Below, one piece after another: positions 9,355-18,600 of a stretch of DNA of 64,000 nt. Within the stretch, counting starts at the first letter, position 1, and each line of letters opens with the position of its first letter. Under the pieces are notes generated by a model that worked only from the letters and a program-made list of their open reading frames with translations, made no database searches and was not told the DNA's origin. This stretch comes from Bifidobacteriaceae bacterium (GTDB taxonomy: Bacteria; Actinomycetota; Actinomycetes; Actinomycetales; WQXJ01), in contig JAISSX010000001.1 of the NCBI GenBank assembly GCA_031272885.1, positions 5,483-69,482 of the forward strand. The letters are read 5' to 3'. The position numbers and the translations under genes were made by a program.

Positions 9355-10286
9355 TGCCCCAGCGCCGGCGCTAACACCCGTAGGGCCCCCGGCACACAGG
9401 TGCAGATCAGCGGTAGCGGGCCCACCCGTTCGCCGTCGGTGTGGGCGTCCGGCGGCGGCGGGCCCAGGTCCGGCCGGGGCCGGATGGTCACCTGCCGGCC
9501 ACGCTGCACCGACACCTGCGGGTGGCTGATGTGGCTGCCCTTGTAGACGCGTGGGAAAACCCGCAGCAGTTGCCCTTTGGTCAGCGGCCCGCCGATCACC
9601 ACGTCCAGCAACCCGTCATCAATCAGGGCGTTCGGTGCGATCTTCATGCCGCCACCGATGAACGTGCCGTTGCCCACCGCCACCAGGCAGGCGGCGTTCT
9701 CCCAGACGCTGACACCGTCGATGTCCACCTCGAAGCCGTAGGGCTGGTAGCGGCGCAGCTCCTTGAACAGGGCGCGCACATAGACCGATTCGCCGCGCGG
9801 CCAGGTCAGGCGGTTGGCCACGGCGTTGACGGCGGCGTCGAAGCCGGCGGACAAGACCCCCGCAAACCACTCCGCCATGGAGTGCTCGTTGTCCGAAACC
9901 TGCACCGCGTCCACTACCCGCGGCCCCGTCTCCAGGGCACGTTCGATGACGCCGATGGCGTCCGCCACCGAATGGCGCGGCAGCCCCAACAGGCGGGCGA
10001 AGTCGTTGCCCGTACCCATCGGGATCAGGCCCAGCGGCAAGGTGGTGCCGGCCACCACGTTGACACCAAGGTGGGTCATGCCGTCGCCGCCGGCCACCAC
10101 GATGGCGTCCACGCCATCGACCACCGACTGTTTGGCCGAGGTGGCCGCCGTGGCCAGGTCCGGGGCGGTCAGGTCTTGGACGTCGTGTCCGCGGGCGGCC
10201 AACAACCGGGAGGCCATCCTTCCCTTGTCTTCGGCCTTGCCGCGCCCCGCCGTGGGGTTGACCACCACGCCCAACCGAAGACCCAC
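9351..10286 (-). CDS. diacylglycerol/lipid kinase family protein
   Basis: LGVVVNPTAGRGK N-terminus, GGDGT-like AGGDGMTH and PMGTGNDFAR motifs. GTG start at 10286 with GGAGAGG upstream; the ORF-track N-terminal extension is rejected. Its stop overlaps the helY ATG (ATGA). Confidence 0.8.
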   Translation of the reverse strand: MGLRLGVVVNPTAGRGKAEDKGRMASRLLAARGHDVQDLTAPDLATAATSAKQSVVDGVDAIVVAGGDGMTHLGVNVVAGTTLPLGLIPMGTGNDFARLLGLPRHSVADAIGVIERALETGPRVVDAVQVSDNEHSMAEWFAGVLSAGFDAAVNAVANRLTWPRGESVYVRALFKELRRYQPYGFEVDIDGVSVWENAACLVAVGNGTFIGGGMKIAPNALIDDGLLDVVIGGPLTKGQLLRVFPRVYKGSHISHPQVSVQRGRQVTIRPRPDLGPPPPDAHTDGERVGPLPLICTCVPGALRVLAPALGQ

Positions 10287-10290
10287 TGTT

Positions 10291-10611
10291 CTACACCTCT
10301 CCCCAACCGGCCAGGGCCAGCCATTCGTCGTAGCGTTGCTGGTTGCGGGCCCGTTTGGTGGCGCGTTTGGCGCGGCGGGTGGCCTGGACGCCGCGCCGCC
10401 GGGCCAAGGCTTCGTCCAGGCTGGGCAGCGGCCGTGGGATGGGGGCGGCGTGGAAGCGCTCCGTCCCGTCGTCGAACACGGCCATGGCTTCGCCCAGACC
10501 GGCGAAGGCATCCATGAAGGCCCGGAAGCGCCGCCACAACCAGCGCAAGCCGAAAAAGACTCCGACGGCCCAAGCTAGGATCAGGCCCGTCCAGAGCAGG
10601 AACCAGAACAC
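10291..10611 (-). CDS. small single-pass membrane protein, function unknown
   Basis: 106 aa with an N-terminal hydrophobic helix (FWFLLWTGLILAWAVGVFFGL) and a basic C-terminus. Lies 4 nt upstream of the lipid kinase start, in an apparent operon. Confidence 0.55.
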   Translation of the reverse strand: MFWFLLWTGLILAWAVGVFFGLRWLWRRFRAFMDAFAGLGEAMAVFDDGTERFHAAPIPRPLPSLDEALARRRGVQATRRAKRATKRARNQQRYDEWLALAGWGEV

Positions 10612-10648
10612 GGCGCAAAGCCTACCTGGTTATGGGCGGGGACCTGCG

Positions 10649-12598
10649 CTAGAGCGGCCGTCCGGCCTGGTAGGCGGCCAGGGCGGCGGCGGCCCGCTCC
10701 CCCACCGCGGCGCGTACCTCGGCCGGGCTCTCGACCTCGACCTGTCCGCCGCCTTCGAGGGCCAGGGCGGTGATCCAGTCGAGCGACCGCGCCCCCAAGC
10801 GGGCCCGCAGGCCGCCGCCGGGCAGTTCTTCGGCCGGGCTCAGCAGTTCAAGATTCTCGGCCCGCCAGCGGGCGGCGGGGCCAAAGACTGCCTGGACTAC
10901 GTAGGCCGCCACCCCGGAATAGCCGGATTGATGCACTTCAACGCGGTGATGACCAGAATCCTGGTCCGTGACCTGAATGTCGGTCATGCGGTCAAGGCGG
11001 AAGTAGCGTTCGCCATCGGCCCCCAGATCCCAGGCCGCCAGCAGCCAGTGATCCTGGTCCGTGAACAGTCGGGACGGCTCAACCCGGCGTCGCGACGCCT
11101 GCCCCTGCGTGTCCACATAGGCAAAGGCCAGCACCTTGCCCTGCACGATGGCGTCCCGCACCAAGGTCAAAACGGCCGGTTCGGCTGGGCCTGGGGGCAG
11201 GGCCACCGCCAACGGTTCAGGCGCGGCGCCCAGGGCAGCGGTCAGCTTGGCCAGGGCACCGGCCGCCCCCTCGGCCTCGCTGAGAGCCGGGTTGTCGGTC
11301 AGGGCCCGCAGGGCCGCCACCAGCGCGGCGGCCTCCAGCCGTGACAGGCGCAACGGCACGTGAAGGCCCTGGGAATCGACCAGCGAGACGTGTTGTTCGT
11401 CCTCCGAGACGATGAAATCCAGCAGGTCGCCACCGGCGTGGCCCGGCCGGCCCACCTCGGTCCACAACAGGTAGACGTCCTTCAGCACTTGTGCCCGGGA
11501 AACCTCGAAGCGTTCAGCCAGTTCCGATACGGGGGCGCTGCCCACCCGGTCCAGGTAGCCCACCAGGGCCAACAACCGGGCCACCCGGTCCGGCGCCGTG
11601 GGGCGGCGGCGGGTGGGCTTGTCGGACTCGGCCGGTCCGGCGGCGGCGCTCGAGGCCGGGTGGCTGGGCTCCCCCGCGTGAACGGCGGCGACGCCATCCA
11701 GCAAGTCTCTGACCGCTGCCACCAGCGCCGGCGGGCCGGTCAGCACCGCGTGTGGCGCCAAACCGGCTAGGCGGGCGGCCGCCAACTGGTCGTCGTGATA
11801 CGGCCAGTGGAGGGCGTCATCGGGCCCCGTGGCGCCTTCCAGCCGCAACACCCGGGCGGCTGCGGCGGTGGCGGTTACCGTGGCCAGGCCGGTGGCTGCG
11901 GCCGCCACCCGAAAGGCCTCGGCCACCAGTGCCGGGTCCGGTTCAGGGAACGAGCCCGGCTCCCCCAAGGGCGTGATGGCGCCGATGACGCGGGACAGGC
12001 GGAACATGCGGGCCTCGCCGCGGTCGAGGTCGAAACCGGCCAGGTACCAGGCGCGGGACAGCTTGCGCACCTGCCACGGTTCAACCCGGCGCTGGGCCAC
12101 TTCGCCGGTCTTGGCGGTACGGTAGTGGAAGGTCACGGGCTGGCGTGCCAGGACGGCCGCCACCAGCGGTTCTACCGCCACGCCGGCGGGCGGGGAGGCA
12201 GCCTCGAGCCCGGCGGTGGCGCCGGCCGAACCGGCCTCCACCCCCAGCGCCCGCAGCTTGGTCAGGGCCATGTGGGCGACCGATTCCATTTCGGCCCCGC
12301 GCCAGGCCTGCAGCGCCAGGCCGATGGCGGTGTGCTCCTGGGCGGTGAACTCGAGGTCCGGCATCTGGTAGGCGGCCTGGTCCAGGCGGTAGCGGACGTC
12401 CTGGCTGCCGGGCGGGCCGATGACGGTCAGCTCGAGACCCAAATCGTCGCGCAGCGAGTCTTTGTCGCGTTGGAACATGCGCTCATCGGTCACGCCCACC
12501 AGGGCCATCAATTCCTGTTTGGTCAGGCCGCGGCGGGTCTCACGCAAGGCCACGATCAAGTTGGCCAAACGTTGGCTGGCGTCCACCGTGCCCTTCAC
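10649..12598 (-). CDS. pafBC: fused PafB-PafC type HTH/WYL-domain transcriptional regulator
   Basis: Two tandem HTH-WYL modules in one frame: ASQRLANLIVALRETRRGLTKQELMALVGV... and, about 320 aa later, PDRVARLLALVGYLDRVGSAPVSELAERFEVSRAQVLKDV.... GTG start at 12598 is chosen because the upstream 140 codons of the track ORF are Arg/Pro-rich and not protein-like. Confidence 0.8.
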   Translation of the reverse strand: MKGTVDASQRLANLIVALRETRRGLTKQELMALVGVTDERMFQRDKDSLRDDLGLELTVIGPPGSQDVRYRLDQAAYQMPDLEFTAQEHTAIGLALQAWRGAEMESVAHMALTKLRALGVEAGSAGATAGLEAASPPAGVAVEPLVAAVLARQPVTFHYRTAKTGEVAQRRVEPWQVRKLSRAWYLAGFDLDRGEARMFRLSRVIGAITPLGEPGSFPEPDPALVAEAFRVAAAATGLATVTATAAAARVLRLEGATGPDDALHWPYHDDQLAAARLAGLAPHAVLTGPPALVAAVRDLLDGVAAVHAGEPSHPASSAAAGPAESDKPTRRRPTAPDRVARLLALVGYLDRVGSAPVSELAERFEVSRAQVLKDVYLLWTEVGRPGHAGGDLLDFIVSEDEQHVSLVDSQGLHVPLRLSRLEAAALVAALRALTDNPALSEAEGAAGALAKLTAALGAAPEPLAVALPPGPAEPAVLTLVRDAIVQGKVLAFAYVDTQGQASRRRVEPSRLFTDQDHWLLAAWDLGADGERYFRLDRMTDIQVTDQDSGHHRVEVHQSGYSGVAAYVVQAVFGPAARWRAENLELLSPAEELPGGGLRARLGARSLDWITALALEGGGQVEVESPAEVRAAVGERAAAALAAYQAGRPL

Positions 12599-12622
12599 GT
12601 CAACACCGTATAACGTGGCGGT

Positions 12623-13777
12623 GTGGAGCAAGCGGTTGAGTGGGCGCGTGGCGCGGTAATCGAACTGCGCCCGGCGCGGCCTGGGGCCATCGAAATGACC
12701 TGTCGGGTGGACGGCTGGGCGCAGCCGGTGCCGGCCATCGCCTACACCGATCTGGTGGATGAACTGGCGCCCGGGGATGCGGTGTTGTTGAACACCCGTG
12801 CCCTGTCCCTGGGCCTGGGTACAGGCGGGTTGGCGTTCGTGGTGGCGCGGGCCGATGCCGGCCGGGACGGCCTGGTGGGTGGACCAGCGGGCCCGCCGGG
12901 GCCGGGCGGCCCGGAGCGCGGGGAGCCGGACGATGATTCGGGCTACCTGGTTAAGGCCCGCTACACCCCTCTCCAGGTGGTGCGGCGCGGCGTCGACTCG
13001 CAACACTCGCCGCACCACGACACCATGGCGGCGGCGCGGTCACTGGGCGGGTTGCCGGTGGTGGTGGCTGACCTGCATTCGTCGCTGCCGGCCATCTGTG
13101 CGGGCTTGTTGTCGGAGCGGCCCGAGGCCCGCCTGGTCTACGTCATGTCCGATGGCGCGGCGTTGCCTTTGGCGCTCTCCCGCCTGGCCGCCCGGTTGCG
13201 GCTCGAAGGAACCTTGGCGGCCTGTATTACCGCTGGTCAGGCCTTCGGGGGCGACTTCGAGGCGGTGTCGGTGCACTCGGCCCTGCTGGCGGCACGGCAC
13301 GTGGTTGAGGCCGATGCCGCCATCGTCATCCAGGGTCCAGGGAACCTGGGCACCGACACACCTTGGGGTTTCTCGGGCCTGGCGGCCGGCGAGGCCATCA
13401 ACGCCGCGGGGGTGCTGGGCGGGCGGCCGGTGGCCTGCCTACGCGTGTCCGGGGCCGACGGGCGGGCGCGCCATCGGGGGCTGTCGCACCACTCGCTGAC
13501 GGCCTACGGCAAGGTGGCGTTGCGGCCGGCCGATGTCGTGGTGCCGGTGATGGTTGGCGCCTTGGCCGAGTTGTCCGCGCAGGTGGCGGCGGAGGCGCGG
13601 GTCCTGGGACCACCGTGGGGCATTCACCGGCTGGTGCGGGTGGCGACCGACGGGCTGTTGTCGGTGTTGGAGGGGGTGCCAGGGCTGTCCACCATGGGGC
13701 GTTCCTTGGCCGATGATCCCGGCGCCTTCCTGGCCGCTGCGGCCGCCGGCCGCCACGCCGCCGCCCTCCTCGGCTAG
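12623..13777 (+). CDS. DUF3866-like conserved protein
   Basis: 384 aa with ALSLGLGTGGLAFVV and overall resemblance to the recalled DUF3866 family. Divergent from pafBC with only about 24 bp between the proposed starts. Confidence 0.55.
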   Translation: MEQAVEWARGAVIELRPARPGAIEMTCRVDGWAQPVPAIAYTDLVDELAPGDAVLLNTRALSLGLGTGGLAFVVARADAGRDGLVGGPAGPPGPGGPERGEPDDDSGYLVKARYTPLQVVRRGVDSQHSPHHDTMAAARSLGGLPVVVADLHSSLPAICAGLLSERPEARLVYVMSDGAALPLALSRLAARLRLEGTLAACITAGQAFGGDFEAVSVHSALLAARHVVEADAAIVIQGPGNLGTDTPWGFSGLAAGEAINAAGVLGGRPVACLRVSGADGRARHRGLSHHSLTAYGKVALRPADVVVPVMVGALAELSAQVAAEARVLGPPWGIHRLVRVATDGLLSVLEGVPGLSTMGRSLADDPGAFLAAAAAGRHAAALLG

Positions 13778-13799
13778 ATCCCGCTCGCCCCCTCCCTCC

Positions 13800-13900
13800 C
13801 GAAAGGTCAATTCCGCCATTTTCAGATGGCCGACTCAATGCTCTGACCTGCAGCTATACTCTCAGCGAAAACAGGGTGGGCCGACAGAATTGACCTTTCG
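13800..13900 (-). repeat. MITE-like element, family 1 copy B
   Basis: TIRs CGAAAGGTCAATTC (13800-13813) and GAATTGACCTTTCG (13887-13900). Internal CTGACCTGCAGCTATACTCTCAGCGAAAAC is the reverse complement of the copy C interior. Confidence 0.8.
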
Positions 13901-13957
13901 TGCAGGGGCGCGAGTCTGTTGACGGTCAATGTCGGTGGTCCGGTTTAGCCTGGACTC

Positions 13958-14872
13958 GTGCCTAGTAGACAACCTTCCCTGTCGCCCTCACGGGCCAACG
14001 ACTTCATGCGTTGCCCGCTGTTGTTCCGCTTCCGGGTAATCGACCGCCTGCCTGAGCCGCCCTCGCCGGTAGCGCTGCGCGGCACCCTGGTTCATTCGGT
14101 GTTGGAGCGGCTGTTCGACCTGCCGCGGGGGGAACGGTCGCAGGCGGCGGCGCTTGCGTTGCTGCCGCAGGCCTATGCGGACCTGCAGGTGAAAGACCCC
14201 CGCCTGCCCCAGATGATGGCCGATGGCGTGGTGGAGGAAACTGAGTGGCTGGCGGAGGCCAACGAACTGGTCAAGGCCTATTTCACGTTGGAGGATCCGA
14301 CGCGGCTGATTCCGGAGGCGCGCGAACTACTGGTGGAGGCGCCCCTTGAGAACGGCCTGCTGCTGCGCGGCTACATCGACCGGTTGGAGGTGGCGCCATC
14401 GACCGGCCAGGTGCGCATCACCGACTACAAGACCGGCAAGTCACCGGCGCCCCAGTACCAGGGCGAGGTGCTGTTCCAGTTGCGCTTCTACGCCCTGGCC
14501 ATCTGGCGCACCCGGGGCGTCATCCCCGCCGTGGTGCAGTTGCTGTACCTGGGGAACCGCGACATCGTGCACAACGAGCCCACCCAGGGTGACCTGGAGC
14601 GGACCGAACTGAAGGTGTTGAACATCTGGGATGGCATCACCGACATGGCGCGGCGGGCGGACTTTCCCCCGGTCAAGGGGCCGCTGTGTGGCTGGTGTTC
14701 CTTCCAGGCCCAGTGCCCGTTGTTCGGCGGCACCCCTCCCCCGCTGCCGGCAGACGGGGCGGCTGCTATTGGGATTGCGGACGTTACAGGGGAAGTTACA
14801 GGGGACGTTACAGGGGACGGTTCCGGCGTTACAGGGGACGGTTCCAACGTTACAGGGGACGGTTCCTTGTAA
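13958..14872 (+). CDS. PD-(D/E)XK RecB-family / Cas4-like nuclease with C-terminal Cys cluster
   Basis: N-terminal LSPSRANDFMRCPLLFRF, a nuclease core (GYIDRLE, DYKTGK) and C-terminal CGWCSFQAQCP. The last 40 or so aa (VTGEVTGDVTGDGSGVTGDGSNVTGDGSL) are encoded by the palindromic repeat. Confidence 0.8.
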   Translation: MPSRQPSLSPSRANDFMRCPLLFRFRVIDRLPEPPSPVALRGTLVHSVLERLFDLPRGERSQAAALALLPQAYADLQVKDPRLPQMMADGVVEETEWLAEANELVKAYFTLEDPTRLIPEARELLVEAPLENGLLLRGYIDRLEVAPSTGQVRITDYKTGKSPAPQYQGEVLFQLRFYALAIWRTRGVIPAVVQLLYLGNRDIVHNEPTQGDLERTELKVLNIWDGITDMARRADFPPVKGPLCGWCSFQAQCPLFGGTPPPLPADGAAAIGIADVTGEVTGDVTGDGSGVTGDGSNVTGDGSL

Positions 14873-14986
14873 CATGGAACATGTTACAAGGAACCGTCCC
14901 CTGTAACGTCCCCTGTAACGTCCCCTGTAACGTCCCCTGTAACGTCCCCTGTAACGTCCCCTGTAACGTCCCCTGTAACGTCCCCC
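14783..14986. repeat. palindromic GTTACAGGGGAC element with 12-bp tandem arrays; probable bidirectional terminator
   Basis: Perfect 28-bp stem 14849-14876 / 14880-14907 with loop GAA. Right arm is GTCCCCTGTAAC x7 (perfect, 14896-14979) plus a partial copy. Left arm has 5 copies of the complementary 12-mer, with GGTTCCNNC inserts. Confidence 0.9.
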
Positions 14987-15666
14987 TTGACACCACCGAG
15001 GGTGTCGATGGTTTCGCCGGCTTGGATGCGGCGCAGCACGTCGATGGTCAGCTCGCGGGCGGAAGCCACCCGCGACAGCCCGGGCTGCGCCGGCACCGGG
15101 GCGATGTTCGGTATCGCCACTGTGGGCACGCCGGCGGCCAGGGCAGAGGCGATGCCGGTGGGCGAATCCTCTACCGCCACGCAGCGGGCCGGCGGCAGGC
15201 CCACTTTGGCGCAGGCCACCAGGTAGATTTCCGGGTCCGGCTTACCGATCTTGACGTCGTCGCCGGACAGGACCACGGCCCACAGGCCCGGCAGCAGCTT
15301 CGGGATCTGTTCCGAGTAGCGCCGCCACGACATCGTCACCAAGACGTTGGGCAGGCCGGCGTCGCGGCAGGCCGTCAGGGCGTCGACGATGCCGGCCTTC
15401 CACGGCTCGGTCGCCACCACGTTGGCGATCACGATGTCCATCAGGGCGTCGATGATCTGCTCGTTGGTGCCGGCCACGCCGTTGTCCCGCATCACCTGGG
15501 CGGTGTGGTTGAGGTCCGATCCGATCAGCCCGATGGCCTGTTCGGTAGACCAGGACCCGCCGGCCCCTTCGACCAGCGTGGTCTCGGCCAAGAACCACGA
15601 CGGCTCGGAATCAACCACCGTGCCGTCCAGGTCCCACAGGACCGCTCCTAGACCGCCTTCACTCAC
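14884..15666 (-). CDS. HAD-IA family hydrolase (phosphatase)
   Basis: DLDGTVVDSE motif I near the N-terminus and later HAD motifs (VTMS, GKPDPEIY, EDSPTG). The C-terminal (VTGD)7GSL tail is encoded by the repeat array. Confidence 0.82.
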   Translation of the reverse strand: MSEGGLGAVLWDLDGTVVDSEPSWFLAETTLVEGAGGSWSTEQAIGLIGSDLNHTAQVMRDNGVAGTNEQIIDALMDIVIANVVATEPWKAGIVDALTACRDAGLPNVLVTMSWRRYSEQIPKLLPGLWAVVLSGDDVKIGKPDPEIYLVACAKVGLPPARCVAVEDSPTGIASALAAGVPTVAIPNIAPVPAQPGLSRVASARELTIDVLRRIQAGETIDTLGGVKGDVTGDVTGDVTGDVTGDVTGDVTGDVTGDGSL

Positions 15667-15669
15667 AAC

Positions 15670-18600
15670 TCATCCCTCCGTCGTCCGCACCGAGAAGTAG
15701 GTCGCCTCCGGGTGGTGGAACACCAAGGCGTCGGTTGACTGTTCGGGTTCCAGCAGCAGCGTCTCCGTCAGCTCCAACCCCAAAGCAGCGCCATCCAGCA
15801 ACCGCATGATGTCGCGCCGTCCCGCCAGGTCGGGACAGGCCGGATAGCCCAGCGAGTAGCGCCGCCCCTGCCCTTCCGGCAGGCCCAGTTCGGCGCGGAT
15901 GCGCCGGTGCCAGGCTTCGGCCAGGGCCTCGGTCAGCTCAACCGACAGGCCGTGCAGCTCCAGGTAGTCGCGGTAGCGGCCGGCCTGGAACAGGTCCTGG
16001 GCTGCGGCCCCGAAGCGCGGCCCCATGGTGACCAGTTGGAGCGCCAACACGTCGTCCCGGTCGGCCCGCACATAGTCAGCCAGGCAGCGCCGCCGCCCCC
16101 CGGGCTGGCGGGGGAAGCTGAAGCGCGCCACTTCGGCCCCGGAACCGTCCGGCGCGAACACCACCACCGCGTCGCCCTGGCGCCGGGCCGGAAAATAGCC
16201 CCAGGCCACCCTGGACTGGGCCAGGCCGTCCGCCCGCACCTGCTCCAGCAGCGCCCGCAGGTGCGGCTCGCCTTCCGTTTCGGCCAACTGCGCCACCGTT
16301 CGCTCACCGGTGCCCGCCTTCAGCCCCCAACGGGCCTCGAACAGGGTGCGTTTGTCCAGGTAGGGTAGGTATTCGTCCAGCTCGATGGCGCCCGCCTGCC
16401 GCGCCCCCCAGAACGGCGGTGTGGGCACGGGCGCCTCGGCCAGGGTCTCCACCCCAGCCGAAGGGGCGCCATCGGCCGGAGTCGCCGCGGGTGCCGGCAA
16501 GGTGGCCGATGCCGACCGCCCCGGCCGCTGGGTCACTCCCCCGGCGGTGGCGCCCCCGCTCAGGATGGTCAACGCCTCGAAGGCGTCCTTGGCGTAGTAC
16601 ACCCGCCCGGAGAACTCCGGCGCCAGCGTGTCGGTGACAAAGCTCCTGGTCAGCGCCGCGCCGCCGAGTAGCACCGGCCACCGCGCGGCCACGCCCTGCA
16701 CCTCCATCTCGGCCAGGTTCTGCCGCATCACCTGGGTCGATTTGACCAGCAGGCCGCTCAGCCCGATGGCGTCCGCGCCGTGCTGCTCTGCCGCCGCCAA
16801 GATTTGGCCGATCGGCTGTTTGATGCCCAGGTTGACCACCCGGTAACCGTTGTTGGTCAGCACAATGTCCACCAGGTTTTTACCGATGTCGTGCACATCC
16901 CCCGCCACGGTGGCCAGCACGATGGTGCCCTTGGGTTCGCCGGCGCCGGTCTTGAGCTGCGGCTCCAGGTGGGCCACGGCCGCCTTCATGACCTCGGCCG
17001 ATTGGAGCACGAACGGTAGCTGCATGCGCCCGGCGCCGAAGCGTTCACCGACCTCGGCCATGGCCGTCAAGAGATGCCGGTCCACCAGCTCCATGTCGCT
17101 GACACCATCGGCCAGCGCCGCGTCGAGATCGCCCTCCAGCCCGGCCCGTGCGCCCTGGATCACCCGCTGCTCGATTCGTTCGAGCAGCGGGAGACCAGCC
17201 AAGGACGGCACTGCGGCGCCAGCCGAAGGCCCGCCATCAGGCCCGGAACAGGCTTCGATCAGCGCAAACAGTGGGTCGTAGCCTTCCCAGCGCCGGTTCA
17301 GCACCAGGTTGAGGGCCGCGTTCAGGGCCTCGGTGTCGAACCGGTCCAGCGGCGCAATGCCACCCGGTCGCACTATCGCCACGTCCAGGCCCCGCCGGGT
17401 GGCCTCGTCCAGGAACTCGGAATTGAGCACCACGCGGGCGGCCGGCGCCAGGCCGAACGACACGTTCGACACCCCCAGCATTAGGTGCACGTCCGGGTAC
17501 TGCTCGCGCAGCATGCCCACCGCCCGCAGGGTCTCCATGGCGTCCCCGCGCGCCTCGGCTTGACCGGTCCCGATCGGGAACGTCAAGGGGTCGATGACGA
17601 TGTCGCTCAAGGCGAAGTCATAGTCGTCTACCAGGCGCCGGATCAGGCGTTTTGCCACCGAGACTTTCTTTTCGGCAGTTCTCGCTTGGCCGTTCTCGTC
17701 GATCGTCAACCCCACCACGGCGGCGCCGTGCTGCCGCGCCAGGCGCGCCACCTGGTCGAACCGCGAACCGGGCTTGTCACCATCCTCGAAGTTGACCGAG
17801 TTGACCAGGCATCGCCCGCCCAGGTGCTCCAAGGCGGCCTGAACCACGGCCGGGCTGGTCGAATCGATCATCACCGGCAGCGTTGAAGCCGTCGCCAGGG
17901 CCGCGGCGACCCGCGCCATGTCCGCCACTCCGTCGCGGCCCACGTAGTCCACCGACAGATCAAGCACGTGCGCCCCGGCGGCCGCCTGGTCGCGCGCCAC
18001 CTGGACACAGGCGTCCAGGTCACCCGCCAGCAACGCCTCGCGGAAAACCCGTGAACCGTTGGCGTTGGCTCGTTCCCCCACGGCCAGGTAGCTGGTCTCC
18101 TGCCGTAGTTGAACCGCCTGGTAGAGCGACGAAACCTGCCCGATGGCGCCCGGTCCGCGGACGGCATCGGGCACCGCGCGGCCAGCCAGCCGTGCCACCA
18201 CCGCCGCCAGGTGGGCCGGGGTGGTGCCACAACAGCCACCCACCATGGTCACCCCATACAGGTCGACGAACCGTTCCAGCCAGTCCGCCAGGTCGGTGGG
18301 CGTCAAATCGTAGGTGGCCTCGCCATCGGGCCCAATGGTGGGCAGGCCGGCGTTCGGCATGACAGACACCGGCACGTCGCTCAAGGCGGCCAGCACCCGC
18401 AGGTGCTCCGACATTTCGGCCGGCCCGGTGGCGCAGTTGAGGCCGATGCCGTCAATTCCCAAGGCGAGCAGGGCCACCGCGGCGGCGGCCGTCTCGGTGC
18501 CCAGCAGCATGGTGCCGGTCGATTCGATGGTGACGTGCACCGTGATGTGGGCGGCGGCATCGGCGTCCCGGGCCCCAAGCACGGCAGCCTTGGCCTGCAG

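Noticed and set aside
12599-13018. N-terminal 140-codon extension of the pafBC ORF in the track. Similar extensions affect the lipid kinase (10287-10511), rarA (56007-56249), xerD (49179-49340), the YcaQ-like gene (35270-35461), tkt (49177-49227) and the MMPL gene (55983-56048).
   Set aside because: The extensions are non-protein-like, overlap neighbouring genes or the divergent gene, and precede internal starts that coincide with the conserved N-termini of the families.
14896-14986. Possible CRISPR array, considered because of the regular 12-bp repeats here and the 31-bp repeats at 33644-33770.
   Set aside because: The units are contiguous with no unique spacers, the unit sizes are wrong for CRISPR, and no cas genes or leader are present. 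They are tandem repeats.
14686-15651. 321-aa plus-strand ORF containing (VPCN)n repeats.
   Set aside because: It is antisense to the well-supported HAD hydrolase gene. The VPCN repeat is simply another reading frame of the 12-bp tandem array.
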